A DNA stretch of 64,000 bases from Mytilus californianus. Lineage: Eukaryota. The notes under the pieces are model-generated. The model saw nothing but the letters and a program-made list of their open reading frames with translations. It made no database searches and was not told where the DNA came from. The stretch spans positions 30,194,001-30,258,000 of the forward strand of contig NW_026262734.1 of the NCBI RefSeq assembly GCF_021869535.1, read 5' to 3'. The stretch's first letter is position 1. Each line of letters starts with the position of its first letter. The position numbers and the translations under genes were made by a program. Positions 25,656-38,639 of the stretch are shown in pieces.

Positions 25656-28600
25656 AAGGTAGTCATTCACAAGTTTTTCTGTGTAGTGTTTGGTAGACTG
25701 TTACTTTTCATTCGACGCTTTTCTTCTTGTCATGGTATTATCTGTTTTTCCTTCGCTCTATGATCTAAGAAAACACCTTTGGTATCTTTTCTTTCACTTT
25801 TTAAGTCTAGTGTTTTATAGCACCATTAAATGTTGGACTTACATTTTAAGAAAATCGAAAGCATAGATATATAAACAAGAAATGACAATCAATCTGCAAC
25901 AACCTTGAAGGAAGTCTGTTAAAAAAACATCAAATCCCATGAGACATAATTTTCTTCCTGTAAGTGTATCTTCCTAACTACCAATTCATATAAATTAACT
26001 TCAGGCATAGCAGGAACAACATACAAAGTGTTTAATCAGCATGGTCTTGGACATACTCAATCTAACATACACTTTTTTTTTATTTTGAAAATACGCTTTA
26101 TATATAAATTACTAAATATTTATCTGATGGCTATTCGACGTTAAGTGGAAACAAAGCACGCACCCTTACACAGGTGGAAACCCAGTTGAAATAGAACAAA
26201 AGAATTGAAGCTCTTTGTTAGAGAAGGCGATAAATGCTTACTGTAATGTTTACTATAGTAACAAAATTTTTAAAAGTTAATAGAAACAAATAAAATGACA
26301 GTTTTCGGCTAAATTACGAAGTATTTTATCATAAAAACACAATTTGCATAAGTTTTCAATTTATCTATTACATAATAAAGCAGAACAATTAGATATCAAG
26401 TCGACGACATGGGTGTCTACTCAGTTGGATCTAAAAAATGCATAACCTCCAATTTTTTTTTACCACGGACGGAGAACATATCAATCTATTTGTTCCTTAA
26501 TTTTCGTGTCTGCCCTTCTATTATTTAACTCAAGAAAAAAATTCAAAAAAATGGGTAACAATTGCATCGAAAAGATAAAATCGAGTGCACCTTTTTATGT
26601 TAGGGCGTGTTTAAGTTAAATATTTTGTCTTTAAAACGTATAAAGCAAGAGTATTTGATACATCATCTCGCTTCAGATTCTATTTTTTTTTTATATATCA
26701 AGGCTACAGGTTGACTTTATAACATCGAAAGTTCACAGTACTAAAAAATTAAATATATGGGTCAAGTGAAATACCTTTCTAATGAATCACAAAAGCAGAG
26801 TAGGTGTGTGCGAATAGCAAATTTTTACTAAAAGTACATGACGACTGACTTTTAAGTTGGATCTTAAAAATGCATATATTCGAAAAAACCTCATTTTTTG
26901 TGTGTGATAATTAGGGTTTATAGTCTTCAACCACTGAAAATTTTTAGTCTGCCCTTCCACGAAATACTTAATTAGAATTTTTGTTTAATGTTTATGAATT
27001 TTCGAAAATTCGACCTGACAGCCGATCCGACAATAGTTTTAAGTTGACTGAATGCAGACAAGTACATTAACTGATGCTCATTAGCTAGTAAATACATTTG
27101 TCTTTTAAAATACACCTGGCATATAAGGATCGTAATGGTGCTATGTGGATAAATTTATCGGTTTTCAAGAGCTAAATTGGAAGCGCTTCATCCCTACAAT
27201 GGCTTCCATTTTTACGATTGTAAAAATGAACTGGCGTAATGGGGAGATAATTTTGACGAAGTGGAATCCTGATTGTACAGCTACGTCTGTATTTAATTCT
27301 TGATCTTCGCTTGTATACTATTAGAGCGAAAATTATAATAATTAAATAAGAAGAATGAACCATTTCAACACTCTAGCAGGAGTGACATATTTATATATAT
27401 GCTAGTTGACTTGCTCCCATTCAATATTTAAGGAATAGATATCATTAACCTCAGACATAGGTTCAATGTCAAAGAAAACTCAATTAAATAACACAACAAA
27501 TATAAATCTTCTCTACTCTCGTCAAATAGTGATTGAATCAAATTTTGACAACCATGAAAACTGGACTACACGATATTGCCACTTTTTACTGTTTATACTT
27601 CTGTACATGCTCATTCAAACGATGTGTTCACGTTTATCATTTTTGTGTATGCAGATTGATAATTGCTTTTTGAAGGAAAGTGATTTAGAGTTGATAAGAA
27701 TTATGAATTATAATATTAACATGGATCCGGACCTTACATTAACGGTACCAATTTTAATGCACCAGATGCACATTTCAACAATAAATGATACTCGATGCCA
27801 AAATTTTTGAAAATCCAGAAAAATTGAAGAGCTAACATGAAAGAGTTACATTGAATCCAGCGTAAATGAATTTCTTCATATATTGTAATTCAAACAAAAG
27901 ATCTGATAGCAAAAGGGTATAATTAACCACAAGATTTTTAAATCAAAATTTATGACATGTGCAACGAATACATACAAGAATTCGGCAAAAATAAAAAAAA
28001 ATAAAATCTTTTTGCTACAGTTCAATAAAACACAATACACACACTAATGTTGAACTTACATGTAAAGGAAGAAGTGAGATCTAGGTCGATGAATTCTTTC
28101 AAAAATCGTTCTTTTATCGTTTACAGCATGTTGATAATGATTTTATTTAATTACGTATGTGTTTGATAAGAGTTGTTGGATACCCATAGCTGGTACCTTT
28201 ATCTGGGTGGTTTCTATGACGATCTGAGTTTTCAGTTGTATTTGTATTTGGACTTATGTGTTTTTATGTATGTGTTTAAAATACTTTATCGATTTGCTAT
28301 GCCATCCCTCATAGTGATTATTGGTGGTAAACAGTCTTTTAGGAACTCCTCAGTTTATTTGGCTTGGTTTTAGGAGGACTTACTTATAGTTCGAGATAAG
28401 TATGAATATGATATAATTAATCAATTCGTTTGAATTAATATAGAATTAATTCTGGTTTTATAATTGATAATAGTTAATACTTAATTTAACAAATGCGATA
28501 AGATTTCGTAATGACTGGGTATGTATTCACATGGCGGGCGATGTATGCGTAGCAAAAGACGACTACCCTGTCGAAGCATCCGGTATCGCTCGTTTTGGAG

Positions 28601-29849
28601 CTTATCCGACTTCTGCAGGTTTGTGTTGATACCATTATTTGTTTTATTTCATCGATTTGACCTTCGGTAATCTTTTGCCTATAAATAGGCATATAATATT
28701 TTTTTCTTTAAACTTTAAATGTGAGCTTTCTTATCAACATATAATAGTATCTTCCTAATTAACATACACGTATACTTATAGTATAAAATCAAAAGATTTA
28801 CAGATTTACATTATTTAACAATTGTAATTTTTACACTTATCATTTGATAATTATAACTAGAAGTAAACTATTCTATTTCCAATCGTAAGGAGGCCGCATT
28901 TTACCTTCCCAATGATAATAATGTCAATTGATGTATGAAAATTATACCTATCTACAGATTTCTAGTGATAAATTAACGTGTGAATTAAAGTTTCAAAGAT
29001 GGAGATCCGTGGATAAACCATTCAAACCGATTGAACTGAATTATTGCTTGTTTTAGTATGTTACGCAGAACAAGCTTGTTTATAGCGTATAACAATCATA
29101 TTCAACGTCAAAAATTGATTTTAATCCAAAACAAGACCAGAGAAAAAACAATTATAGGCCCTAACCAGCATGAATAAAGAGGAAAATTCGAAAAAAATAA
29201 AACACATTTGATTTCATTATAGGAGATATATCAAAAGTTATTTTTCTGGCCGTTTGTTAAGCATTTCTAGTTTGCCTCTAATTTGGACATTCATCTTAAG
29301 GGACCGGTCAAAATTTCTTGATGCATGGGACCGGTGCAAACTGTAATGGGACAAGCACTTTTTGCAGTGTTTACAGGAATGGGACTCAATGTTTTTTCAT
29401 TACTGGCAAGCATGGGACATAAACTTTTTGAAACAATGTCTGTATATGAAAAAAAAATTATTTGATAAACCTATAACAAACAAAAATAACACCATGAACA
29501 TCTAGCAATGTGAATTTAACAGTTACAACATACCTAATTCATTTTCAAGATTTAGGGACCGGTCAATATTTATTGGGGGGTTGGGACCGGTGCAAAACGC
29601 AGTAGGACACACAATTTTTTAACTTAATTTTTGATAGGACTTCTACTTTTTTAGTTTTCAGCACTGATAGGACAGGCTGGACAGCAATATTGTTATGGTA
29701 TATGTATGAATGTAGAAAATAGTCTATACCAATTTAATTACAACAAAATAAACAAGATTAATTGAGGAACAAACAAGTAACATATGGTGTAAATCAGTCC
29801 ATCTAACTAAAGTAAATATAGATCTATTAAAATTACAGTTTTTTTGGTA

Positions 29850-30610
29850 GTTTGGTTCATTGCTGTGAAATTAAAGAATTAAATTAATAGGTTAAAAAAA
29901 ATTTGATGAAATTCAGATAGTCATCTTTAATTATTTTTATAACTTTTTCAAATCAACTTGGATTTTCATCAAACTATACAGCTATCTTAGTTATATATTG
30001 ATCTTACTGAATCCCAGGTCGTTATGTAGTTTGTTGTATTGCTGTCAAATTTAAGGATTAAATTAATCTAGGTAAAAAAAGATAGAATTTGCATTTTGGA
30101 CTTAATTCAGATAGTACACTTTAATATTTTTTATAACTTTTTCAAATCAACTTGGATTTTCATCAAACTATACAGCTATCTCAGTTATATACTGATCTTA
30201 CTGAATCCCAGGTCGTTATGTAGTTTGGGGTATTGCTGTCAAATTTAAGGATTAAATTAATTTAGTTCAAAAAAGCTAGAATTTGCAGTTCAGACTAAAT
30301 TTGGATAGTTAACTTTGAATTCATCCAAATCTACAGCTATCTTCATTATATTTTTATCTTACAAAAAAACAGGTTATTTGGTAATTTGGTTTATTGCTGT
30401 CAAATTTAAATATTCAAATTATAGGTTTCTATCTGAATTTTGTCAAAACTGAAAATTTTAGCCTTTTTTTACCTATTAACTAAGTCCTTAAATTTGACAC
30501 AATACACCAAAACACAAAACAACCTGGTATTTTGTAAGATAAATATATAATAAAGATACTGAAAAGTTTGATGAAAATCCAAGCTGATTTGAAAAAGTTA
30601 TAAAATTTTA
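29850..30610. repeat. About 194-bp tandem repeat (about 3 copies) plus one inverted copy
   Basis: attcagatag anchors at 29911, 30105 and about 30298; reverse-complement copy at about 30480-30610. Confidence 0.85.
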
Positions 30611-30879
30611 AAAATGACACCTTTGTTTTGTTTAAACAAGAATTTAATATAATCATGATAATAGAACTTTCATAACAATCCTTGATAACCTTTTAAAAAA
30701 GGAAATGTGTTCCAAAGTTACAGTAAAAATTTATTTTAATCAAATTTAAATAAATGTTTGTCAGATTTAAAGACATGGCATACAGGAGGCACTTTAATAA
30801 GGTTTAATTACATCAGTACATGTGTGTTTTACAGGTAAAAAGAAAGCCCTACTTTTCTTAAACTCGTGTATTACTTATC

Positions 30880-31357
30880 GAATGTAGGACAGAAAGTCAC
30901 AGGACAAAAAGTCACAGACAAAAAGCCACAGGACAAAAAGTCACAATTCAGTTTTGAGATTATTTTTATTTAACAAGAAAACACTTATTTAAAAAAAAAC
31001 ATTTTTGTACTTTTCTTGAACTTTAGTATATAAAGCAACTTTGGAAACAATATTTATATAAAAAAAAGTATTTATAATGATCAAATAATTATGAAAACAA
31101 AATGTCAAAGTGGGTTGGTACTTAAACGGCTTCATGGTGCCAAGAAATATATCTTTTGCATGATTAAAATTTAATAAATCTTTATTTATCAAGTCTAATG
31201 AACAATTTCCTAAACTGTAAAATAAATATATGTAATAAAAAGTAAATATTTAAAGATCTTTCTCCAAAATATTCAAACAAGTGTATACATATTATTTGTG
31301 ACTTTTTGTCCTATCAAATTTGTGACTTTTTGTCCTGTGACTTTCTGTCCATTTACC
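30880..31357. mobile_element. 478-bp MITE with repeated GGACAAAAAGTCACA subterminal motifs (hAT/MULE-like TSD length)
   Basis: Inverted arrays ggacagaaagtcacaggacaaaaagtcaca at both ends; direct repeat TACTTATC at 30872-30879 and 31358-31365. Confidence 0.75.
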
Positions 31358-32538
31358 TACTTATCTAGTGAATTCAAAAGGCCTTGCGATTTAAGTTTAA
31401 CAGGATGTTGCAATTTTGAATGAATGTTATTTAGAATTTAATACTCTCTGGTAGGTGTGATCTTTTTGCCCCAAGCAGGAGGTATTGCTTTATACTTCAC
31501 CACTTTAATCAGAAGGACAGTTTTAGTAATTTCTTTAATGTTTGATCCCTTTTTGATATATTCATATACTATATATCAACATGTTGAGACAATGTCGAGA
31601 CTAGTCAAGTAAAATGTGAGCACAAAATCTGGTCTTTTCAGACTCTGAGCAGTTTGTAGTGTAGATAATGAACAAATCCAAAGTGATGAAGAAGATGACC
31701 TTGTAATAAGAGCCTATGACAGTTCTGACAGTGATAATGACAATGATGATAATAATACTAAATGATGAATACAGTAGTAATAGCAGAGACATATATACAC
31801 ATATGTCTCTGGTAATAGTAGTAGTAGTGGCAGTGAAAGTGAAAGTGAAATTGAAAAGGAATCTTATTTGCCTTCTTCAAGGAGGAGATTATTTAAAATT
31901 CCAGACAAATTCAAAGACTACTATATGTGATCTATGTTAATCTGATAAAAATGAAGTTAAATATAAAAAAGAAGATGTGGTATGATTGCCAATGAGACAA
32001 CTCTCCACAAGAGACAAAATGACACAGAATTTAACAACTATAGTCTGTTTGATTTATTCATAGATTAGATAGGACATATACTTATTTAGTAGATATTTCA
32101 TATAGGACAGAAACTTTTTTTGGTATATTCAGAGGGTAGGACATAGCTTTTTTTAAGGGAGAAATATGAATTGCACCGGTCCCAACCCCCCAATAAATAT
32201 TGACCAGTCCCTTAAAGAACAGTGAAGGCAAAAAAAAACAAACTTTGGAACAGAATAAACATAATAAAATACTTTGATATAAAATTAAAAAAATATGTAA
32301 AAATTTGATTAGATATTTTACATGTATAACTGTTTAACAAATGTAAAAAAAACGAATTCATGGATAGCGTTTCTGCACAAAAAAGCATGATTGTCAAATA
32401 TAATTCTGTCCTCCCATAAAGCAGAATTTACCTACCCACTGTTAATTTAGAAATTAAGCTGCAATTTTTTTGAAAAAATGTATTCTACCATACACTTCAT
32501 ACATGTTAATTGTTTAATATTGCATGTATCATTTATTA

Positions 32539-33712
32539 TGTAACAGTAAATTTGGTCCGGTAGTAAAATTTGTCCGCCAGACTTTTTTTCCTAGTCAATC
32601 AAGTCCATGACCATTATTTTACTAGGAATTTAAGTCCCAGGACAAATTTTCCTAGGTAAATAAGTCCATAGCTAGTAAAATATGTCTGGTACTTATTTTC
32701 CTAGGAAAAAATTGTACTAAGACTTGTTTTTCTAGTAATTTTTATTATCTTATAAAAATTATTGAAAATAAAAAAAAAAAAAAACATATTTTCTTAGTTA
32801 AGATTGGAAAGTTTCATTATTTTTTTCCTATTAAAATAAAGGACATGGTCGGATGTTAAAACCTAGGCATGTTAATGACATGGACATGATGTCCTAGGAA
32901 AATTAGTCTGGGACATACATTTTATTAGAATATTAATACACAACTCTAAAACAATATTAAAACATAACATTTAAATTTAACTTTCAAAATAAAGGGAATG
33001 GACATTTTTACCTAGGAATATTAATAACATGGACATGATTACCTAGGAAAATTAGTCTGGGGACATGGATTTTATTAAAATATTAATGCACAACTCTTTA
33101 ACAATATTAAAACATATAAATTGAATTTCCATTGTTTACATGTAAATAATTTGTTTCATTAAAATTTTCCTTTTAAAATAAAGGCCTTGGACGTTTTAAC
33201 CTAGGAACATTAATGACATCGATATGATTTCCTAGGAAAATTAGTCTGGGGACAAACATTTTATTAAAAAAATTGATACACAACTCTTAAACAATATTAA
33301 AACATAACATTTATATTTAACTTTTGAAATAAAGGGCATAGACGTTTTTACCTAGGAATATTAATGACATGGACATGATTTCCTAGGAAAATTAGTCTGG
33401 GGACATGAATTGTATTGAAAATATAAATACACAACTCTTAAACAATATTAAAACTTAACATTTAAATTTTCAATATTGTTTAAATGTAAATAATTTGATT
33501 CATTAATATTTTTCCTATAAAAAAAAGGACATGGACGTTTTTACCTAGGAATATTAATGGCATGGACTTGAATTCCTAGGAAAATTAGTCTGGGGACATA
33601 AATTACTAACATCGGACTTAAAATACTAGTAAATTCTGTAACCATGGACTTTTTATACTAGTAATATGTGTCCGCCCGGACATATTTTACCAGGACAAAT
33701 TTATCTCTTACA
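32539..33712. mobile_element. Non-autonomous TIR element with TGT..ACA ends (Ginger-like) carrying an internal tandem array
   Basis: Imperfect TIRs of about 40 bp starting TGTAA; 4-bp TSD ATTA at 32535-32538 and 33713-33716. Confidence 0.6.
32842..33600. repeat. Five-unit tandem array with alternating about 150 / about 190-bp periods
   Basis: cctaggaaaattagtctgg at 32893, 33042, 33231, 33382 and 33575. Confidence 0.9.
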
Positions 33713-34194
33713 ATTATAGTCAATAACATATTGTCATCTGTTTGGGCTCCTGTGTTGGCAATAAAATATGCTTATGTATTGTTTTGTTTACTTTATAACA
33801 GCAATATAGATTCAGTTCACACATAGTAGCATTATTTTTCAGCTATCCAAATACATTGTAGTATGAAATGTAGCCACATTTTTTGTGCTTTAACATGGGA
33901 TACACACTTTTTTACTAGGTAAAGTGCATGGGACAGGCATATTTTTATTCTGCCAGTAACCATGGGATCAAGAGAATTATTTCAGACAATTTTCTTTTTG
34001 CACCGGTCCCATGCATCAAGAAATTTTGACCGGTCCCTAACATAATAATAATCAACGTTACCGAATATTATAAAGAATTGACCGTTAACAGATTAGGTAA
34101 ATATTATATTCATAAAACAAAATAATTTAAGTATAAATCGCATAAAATTACAATTTCTTCAAACGATGATCCCTAGAAAAAAAAGGTGTAACCA

Positions 34195-34320
34195 TCCCCC
34201 CCCCCCCAAACAAAACAACAAAAAAACAAAAGAACAAAAAAAACAAGATAAAACAAGACAAAACATAACAAAAATAGACAAAACATAACATAACAAAAAC
34301 CAGAAAAAAAAACCCAAAAC
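34195..34320. repeat. Low-complexity C-run and A/C-rich tract
   Basis: cccccccccc followed by aaacaaaacaacaaaaaaac..; explains the Phe/Cys-rich minus-strand ORFs here. Confidence 0.85.
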
Positions 34321-34424
34321 ACCTGGTTAATTCCAAACATATACGACACGATTTCGTTTAATTTTATGATTTGATGTGTGTTTCTTTGGAATATTATTGA
34401 CTGCAAAAACCTATAAAAGTGCCA

Positions 34425-34797
34425 TTTACGCCATCACAAGTTGGTTGACCGTTATGGAATATCTGTTTCACAGATGACAACGGATATGATCCAATTGTCG
34501 TAACTACAATCCCGTACCCTTTTCCCCTACCGAATAAGACTTATCACCGGGTTTGTACTAACAAGCACAACCCGACGGGTACCACATGTGGATCAGGATC
34601 TGCTTACACTTCCAGAGCACCTTAGATCACCCCCAGTGTTTGATGGGGTTCGTGTTGCTCTGTCTTTAGTTTTCTTTGTTGTGTTTTGTGTATTGAAGTT
34701 TGTCTGTTGGTCTTTTTTCTTTTTTAAACATGGCGTTGTCAGTTTATTTTCGACTTATGAGTTTTGATGTTTCTTTGGTATCTTTCGTCTCCCTTTT
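34425..34797 (+). mobile_element. 3' end of the Penelope-like RT element
   Basis: Homologous to 3505-3880 (cgccatcac.agttggttgaccgttatggaat..). Confidence 0.8.
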
Positions 34798-34844
34798 ATG
34801 AACCTTGTGTTATCTTGTCAAACATGAGAAACATACGATGTAAA

Positions 34845-34915
34845 ACTCATCAATGATACCAGACTTATTATTTGTCACGGCAGACACGTGTTTCGTCTAC
34901 GTGAGACTCATCAAG
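34845..34915 (-). mobile_element. Best-preserved hammerhead relic of the GTC..GAC family (5'-truncated)
   Basis: Minus strand TTGATGA-GTCT-cacgt-AGAC-GAAA-C-ACGT-G-TC; stems II and III intact, core C3 and stem I lost. Confidence 0.65.
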
Positions 34916-35949
34916 TCTTAATATTATTAAATTGATTGAGCCATTTCAAACATGATGAAAAACATCGAAGTTTAAAACATTCAAGCATATAAAACTGGTG
35001 AAGGGGGTTGTGTCTAAACGAACATATATGGTTTATACGAAAAAGGACACAGATTAAGTAATGTAATGTAATGTAATGTAATGAATTGCATAATGTCTAG
35101 CATACTGTTGCAAGCTTTAATTGGTTTCAGTTCTAGCGTCTGTTAAAATCAGGAAATATCAGGAATATTGTTCTTTAGACTAGACTAGAATTGTTCAGGC
35201 ATGATTTTAGTGTGAAAAGCGGAAACAAAATCTAATTCAATAAACACATTTACACCCAAATATATTTACAAAAAGAAGCTTTTAATTCTAAATTAACTAT
35301 GAAGGATATACCTTTTAAAAATAATAGTTTACATTTGTGGCTATTAAACTCGCTTCATTGTGGCAATTACATGTGTGAATCGCAGTTGTTTTAAGTATTG
35401 CAAAAAAGACCCATGAATGTTGAGAGTCAAAATTCAAAGATATGTAATACAAAAAAAGCTGAAAACTATAGATATGATTTAACATTTTAGAGAGTAGACA
35501 AACAGTCTAATCCGTCCGAACCTCCTGAATGTTGAATCCAGATCTGTAATATGTATCAATGTGTTGCTGTAATATTTCAGACAAAACTTATTAGCTTGCC
35601 ACCAAAATTGCATACAAAATATATTGATACACGCTTAAGAGGACTCCCGGTTCTCCTGTTCAAAAACATGTTTTTTAAAAATAAATCCAAGCTCTCATCG
35701 TTTATGTCTAAAAGGACGCTGAAAGTAAAAGAACTGAAGACGATAAAAATTTCTTTAATTTAATGCTTATATGCAGTTATCAGGATTAACAAAAACCTAC
35801 AATGTTTTTTTTTCAAACAAAATTTTGTTATCTATCTTAATTAGTTTCTTAGACATATTTCAATTAATGCCTACCTGATAAAAAGGTATTATTTTACCAA
35901 AGCATTATAATTAGTTTTCATGAAACAAATCAAATATTTTTATTCTGGT

Positions 35950-36300
35950 GAATAGTTGTCTCATTGGCAATCATTCCACATCTCCTTATTTGTATATTGC
36001 ATATCATGTTCTTACTGATAGACAGGACCATTGATTTGATATCTAATTCAAGAGAGACAAAAGATACCATAGGGACATTCAAAGTCGAAAATAAACTGCC
36101 ATGGCAAAAAAAAGTAAACGACCAAAAGACAAACAACAATACACAAAACACAACATATAAAACTAGAGACGATGCAACTCGAACCCCCAAACAATCGAGG
36201 TGATCGCAGGTGCTCCGGAATGGTATAAGCATATCCTGGTCCACATGAAGCACCCGTTGTGTTACTCGTGTAAGTACAAATCCTATGATTATTGATGTTT
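35950..36300 (-). repeat. Composite of family A and Penelope-like 3' UTR fragments
   Basis: Reverse complement of the 3650-3880 UTR joined to a family A head. Confidence 0.75.
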
Positions 36301-38639
36301 AAATTTTCATTTTTTTTATTAATAAAGGGGTTAAACAAGAGGTCCTACGTAGAATTTAAAAACTGAAATGTTCATGAATTTATTTGAAACAAGGCAGCTT
36401 ACAAAGTTTTTCCATATCTGGTATTTAACAAATGATATGATTTCTGTAAGCACAAAATCAGTTTCTTGAAATAACCTTGACCAGGTACACTCGTTTCCAA
36501 GGAAGACAACAAAACTGAAACTTTGGAGAGCATATATATATGAGAGGTCTTAATAGAATATGCAAAATCGGTTAAAATCAAATTGCCTGATGGAGCTTTA
36601 ACAGCATAACACAATTTTACAAACTATGTGTTGATAGAATAACTTCGTTAGATATATTACGCTCGTTACCAAAAGTTCGGTAATCGAAAAATATTTTTTA
36701 TATTTATATCTTTACACAAAAACGTCATGACCAACGTTTCATTTTGTGTATAGCTTATTATAAGTGTGTGTCTTTATATCGTATTTCGTCTCAGGTCGTC
36801 AAAAAACTATCAGGAATATTGCTTTTTTAAACTCATTTTGCCAATTAAGCAAAGTTAGCATCAATGAAACCGAAAACCAGAAAATAGCTTGTTTTAAATA
36901 TGTCCAAGACAATGCAAGGTATGCTATTGTTATTCAGTCACGATTGCGATCGGCTGTAAATCAAATGAGCATGGTTAGATAGTAGAATATACAGATTGGT
37001 AGTAAAAGTACGCATGTTTTTCTATTGCTAACTCAATATTTTATATTTTTTCGTCAGAAAACGGGATTCTCCGATTACATAAAAAATTGTATATCCACTT
37101 TGCCATATCGTCTGCAAAACGTAATTGATGTCATGATCGTGATCTTAAATAGTAATAGTCATAAAATTTAGATGATATTCGAAGAACACTCATAGAATGA
37201 AAACTAAAGTTAACCTCCGGTTTTCGTTGTGTTATTATCCATTCTGTGTGGTGTTTTGAGGACTGTTATTTGCTGTATCTTTCTTATTTTTAGCCATGCT
37301 GTTGACTTATGATTGAAGTTGTCTTTAGGAACTACTTTACTTTTAATATATCAACTATGTATGAGAGAAAGTATTTTATTTCGTGAATATTTTTCAAATC
37401 CGTTAACACTGCCATTTTTAATCTTAATAGTTCCTTTTAATGTCCGTACAGCAAGCAAAATCTGACGTGAAAATAACACGATATTTCTTTTCAAATAAAA
37501 ACCCATCAAATATTTTTTTTTGTTCAGTACGTACATTTAAATCAGCCTATATGAACATGAAAGAAAAATTTTCGTCGTTAATCCAGGTAGCGCATGCACT
37601 GTATAAACCTGATTGGTGTGCACACTATAAGAAAAGAAGGTAAAGAATAGAATAAATGTTACTGGTGTTTTAATTTGCATTTTTTACATCAGTATCCATT
37701 TAACTCCTTCTTCTAACCTTTTTTTCGTCTGGAATAATTGTTAAGGTATATATCATTACCTGTTTTGGTTATAAAATTATTACACATTTTTTTATATGAA
37801 TGACGTAAACGGTATTTTCCAAACACGAACTTAGACTTATATGTCTCGCAATGACTGGAAAATATAAATTCTTGAACTGTTGTACTTTAACTTCATTATG
37901 TAACTCATAAAAAAAATGGTGCTGGGAGCGGATTGTTAATGTCGTGGTGATCCAACAGTCACATTGCAACTCCATAAGTCGACTGATGTAGGTCAACATA
38001 CGGACTTCAACGATAGGCTGATGCTCAAACCCTATTGCAAGTTGTAAAGGGCAATAATGATAATTAAATGTTCATTTCATATTATATAAGTGATAACGTC
38101 ACTTTTTAAAATTATAAAAGTGCATGAACACTGAATGAAACACCGTGGTCTGAAAGAGAAGACCACTTTTGGATCCACCAGTTCCACACTTTCGAACCTT
38201 GCTATTTAAATGAATAGATAAAAAAGGTTCAGAAGAAATAAATATTAAGTATTTTTGGGGGCATCGTCCTTAATATCTTTTTCATATTGGCATATGGACG
38301 TTGCAAACAAACTTTGCTATGACAATAGGTTTCCTAAATCAAACTTTAACGCATCACATTTACATCTGATGGACCAACCTGTACAATTATGTGGATCCTA
38401 TTTTACCGGATAAGATCGATGTCAGCCCGGTAAAGTTAATTGTTCTAGCGAAATACTGCTTTTTGTTTTATCACATTGTAAGTATTTATTTCATATTTAC
38501 ATGTTTAATAGTGTGTTAAAATAATCTTGTTAGGCAATCTATGAATTTAAAAAAGGTTGTCGAAAATAATGCAACAAATATTTGTAGGTGCATAAGAAAT
38601 AGAAAAAAAAATGACCTCGTCGTGGCAAATTGCAGGGTA

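Larger units (their letters stand above)
29555..32211. mobile_element. Inner related PIF/Harbinger-type element nested in the outer one
   Basis: TIR GGGACCGGTCAATATTTATTGGGGG(G)TTGGGACCGGTGCAA; TSD TTA at 29552-29554 and 32212-32214. Confidence 0.85.
29300..34037. mobile_element. Outer non-autonomous PIF/Harbinger-type DNA transposon
   Basis: Perfect TIR of about 41 bp GGGACCGGTCAAAATTTCTTGATGCATGGGACCGGTGCAAA; 3-bp TSD TAA at 29297-29299 and 34038-34040. Confidence 0.85.

Noticed and set aside
27100-27810. Protein-like frames and a 114-aa ORF
   Set aside because: No recognisable family; the distal part is a hammerhead-repeat relic.
32842-33600. CRISPR-like repeat-spacer pattern
   Set aside because: The spacers are homologous to each other, the context is a eukaryotic transposon, and there are no cas genes.
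34148-34406. Hydrophobic Phe/Cys-rich ORFs
   Set aside because: They are translations of a low-complexity tract.
35930-36338. Overlapping ORFs here and at 3652-4003 and 60029-60345
   Set aside because: All are translations of non-coding interspersed repeats.
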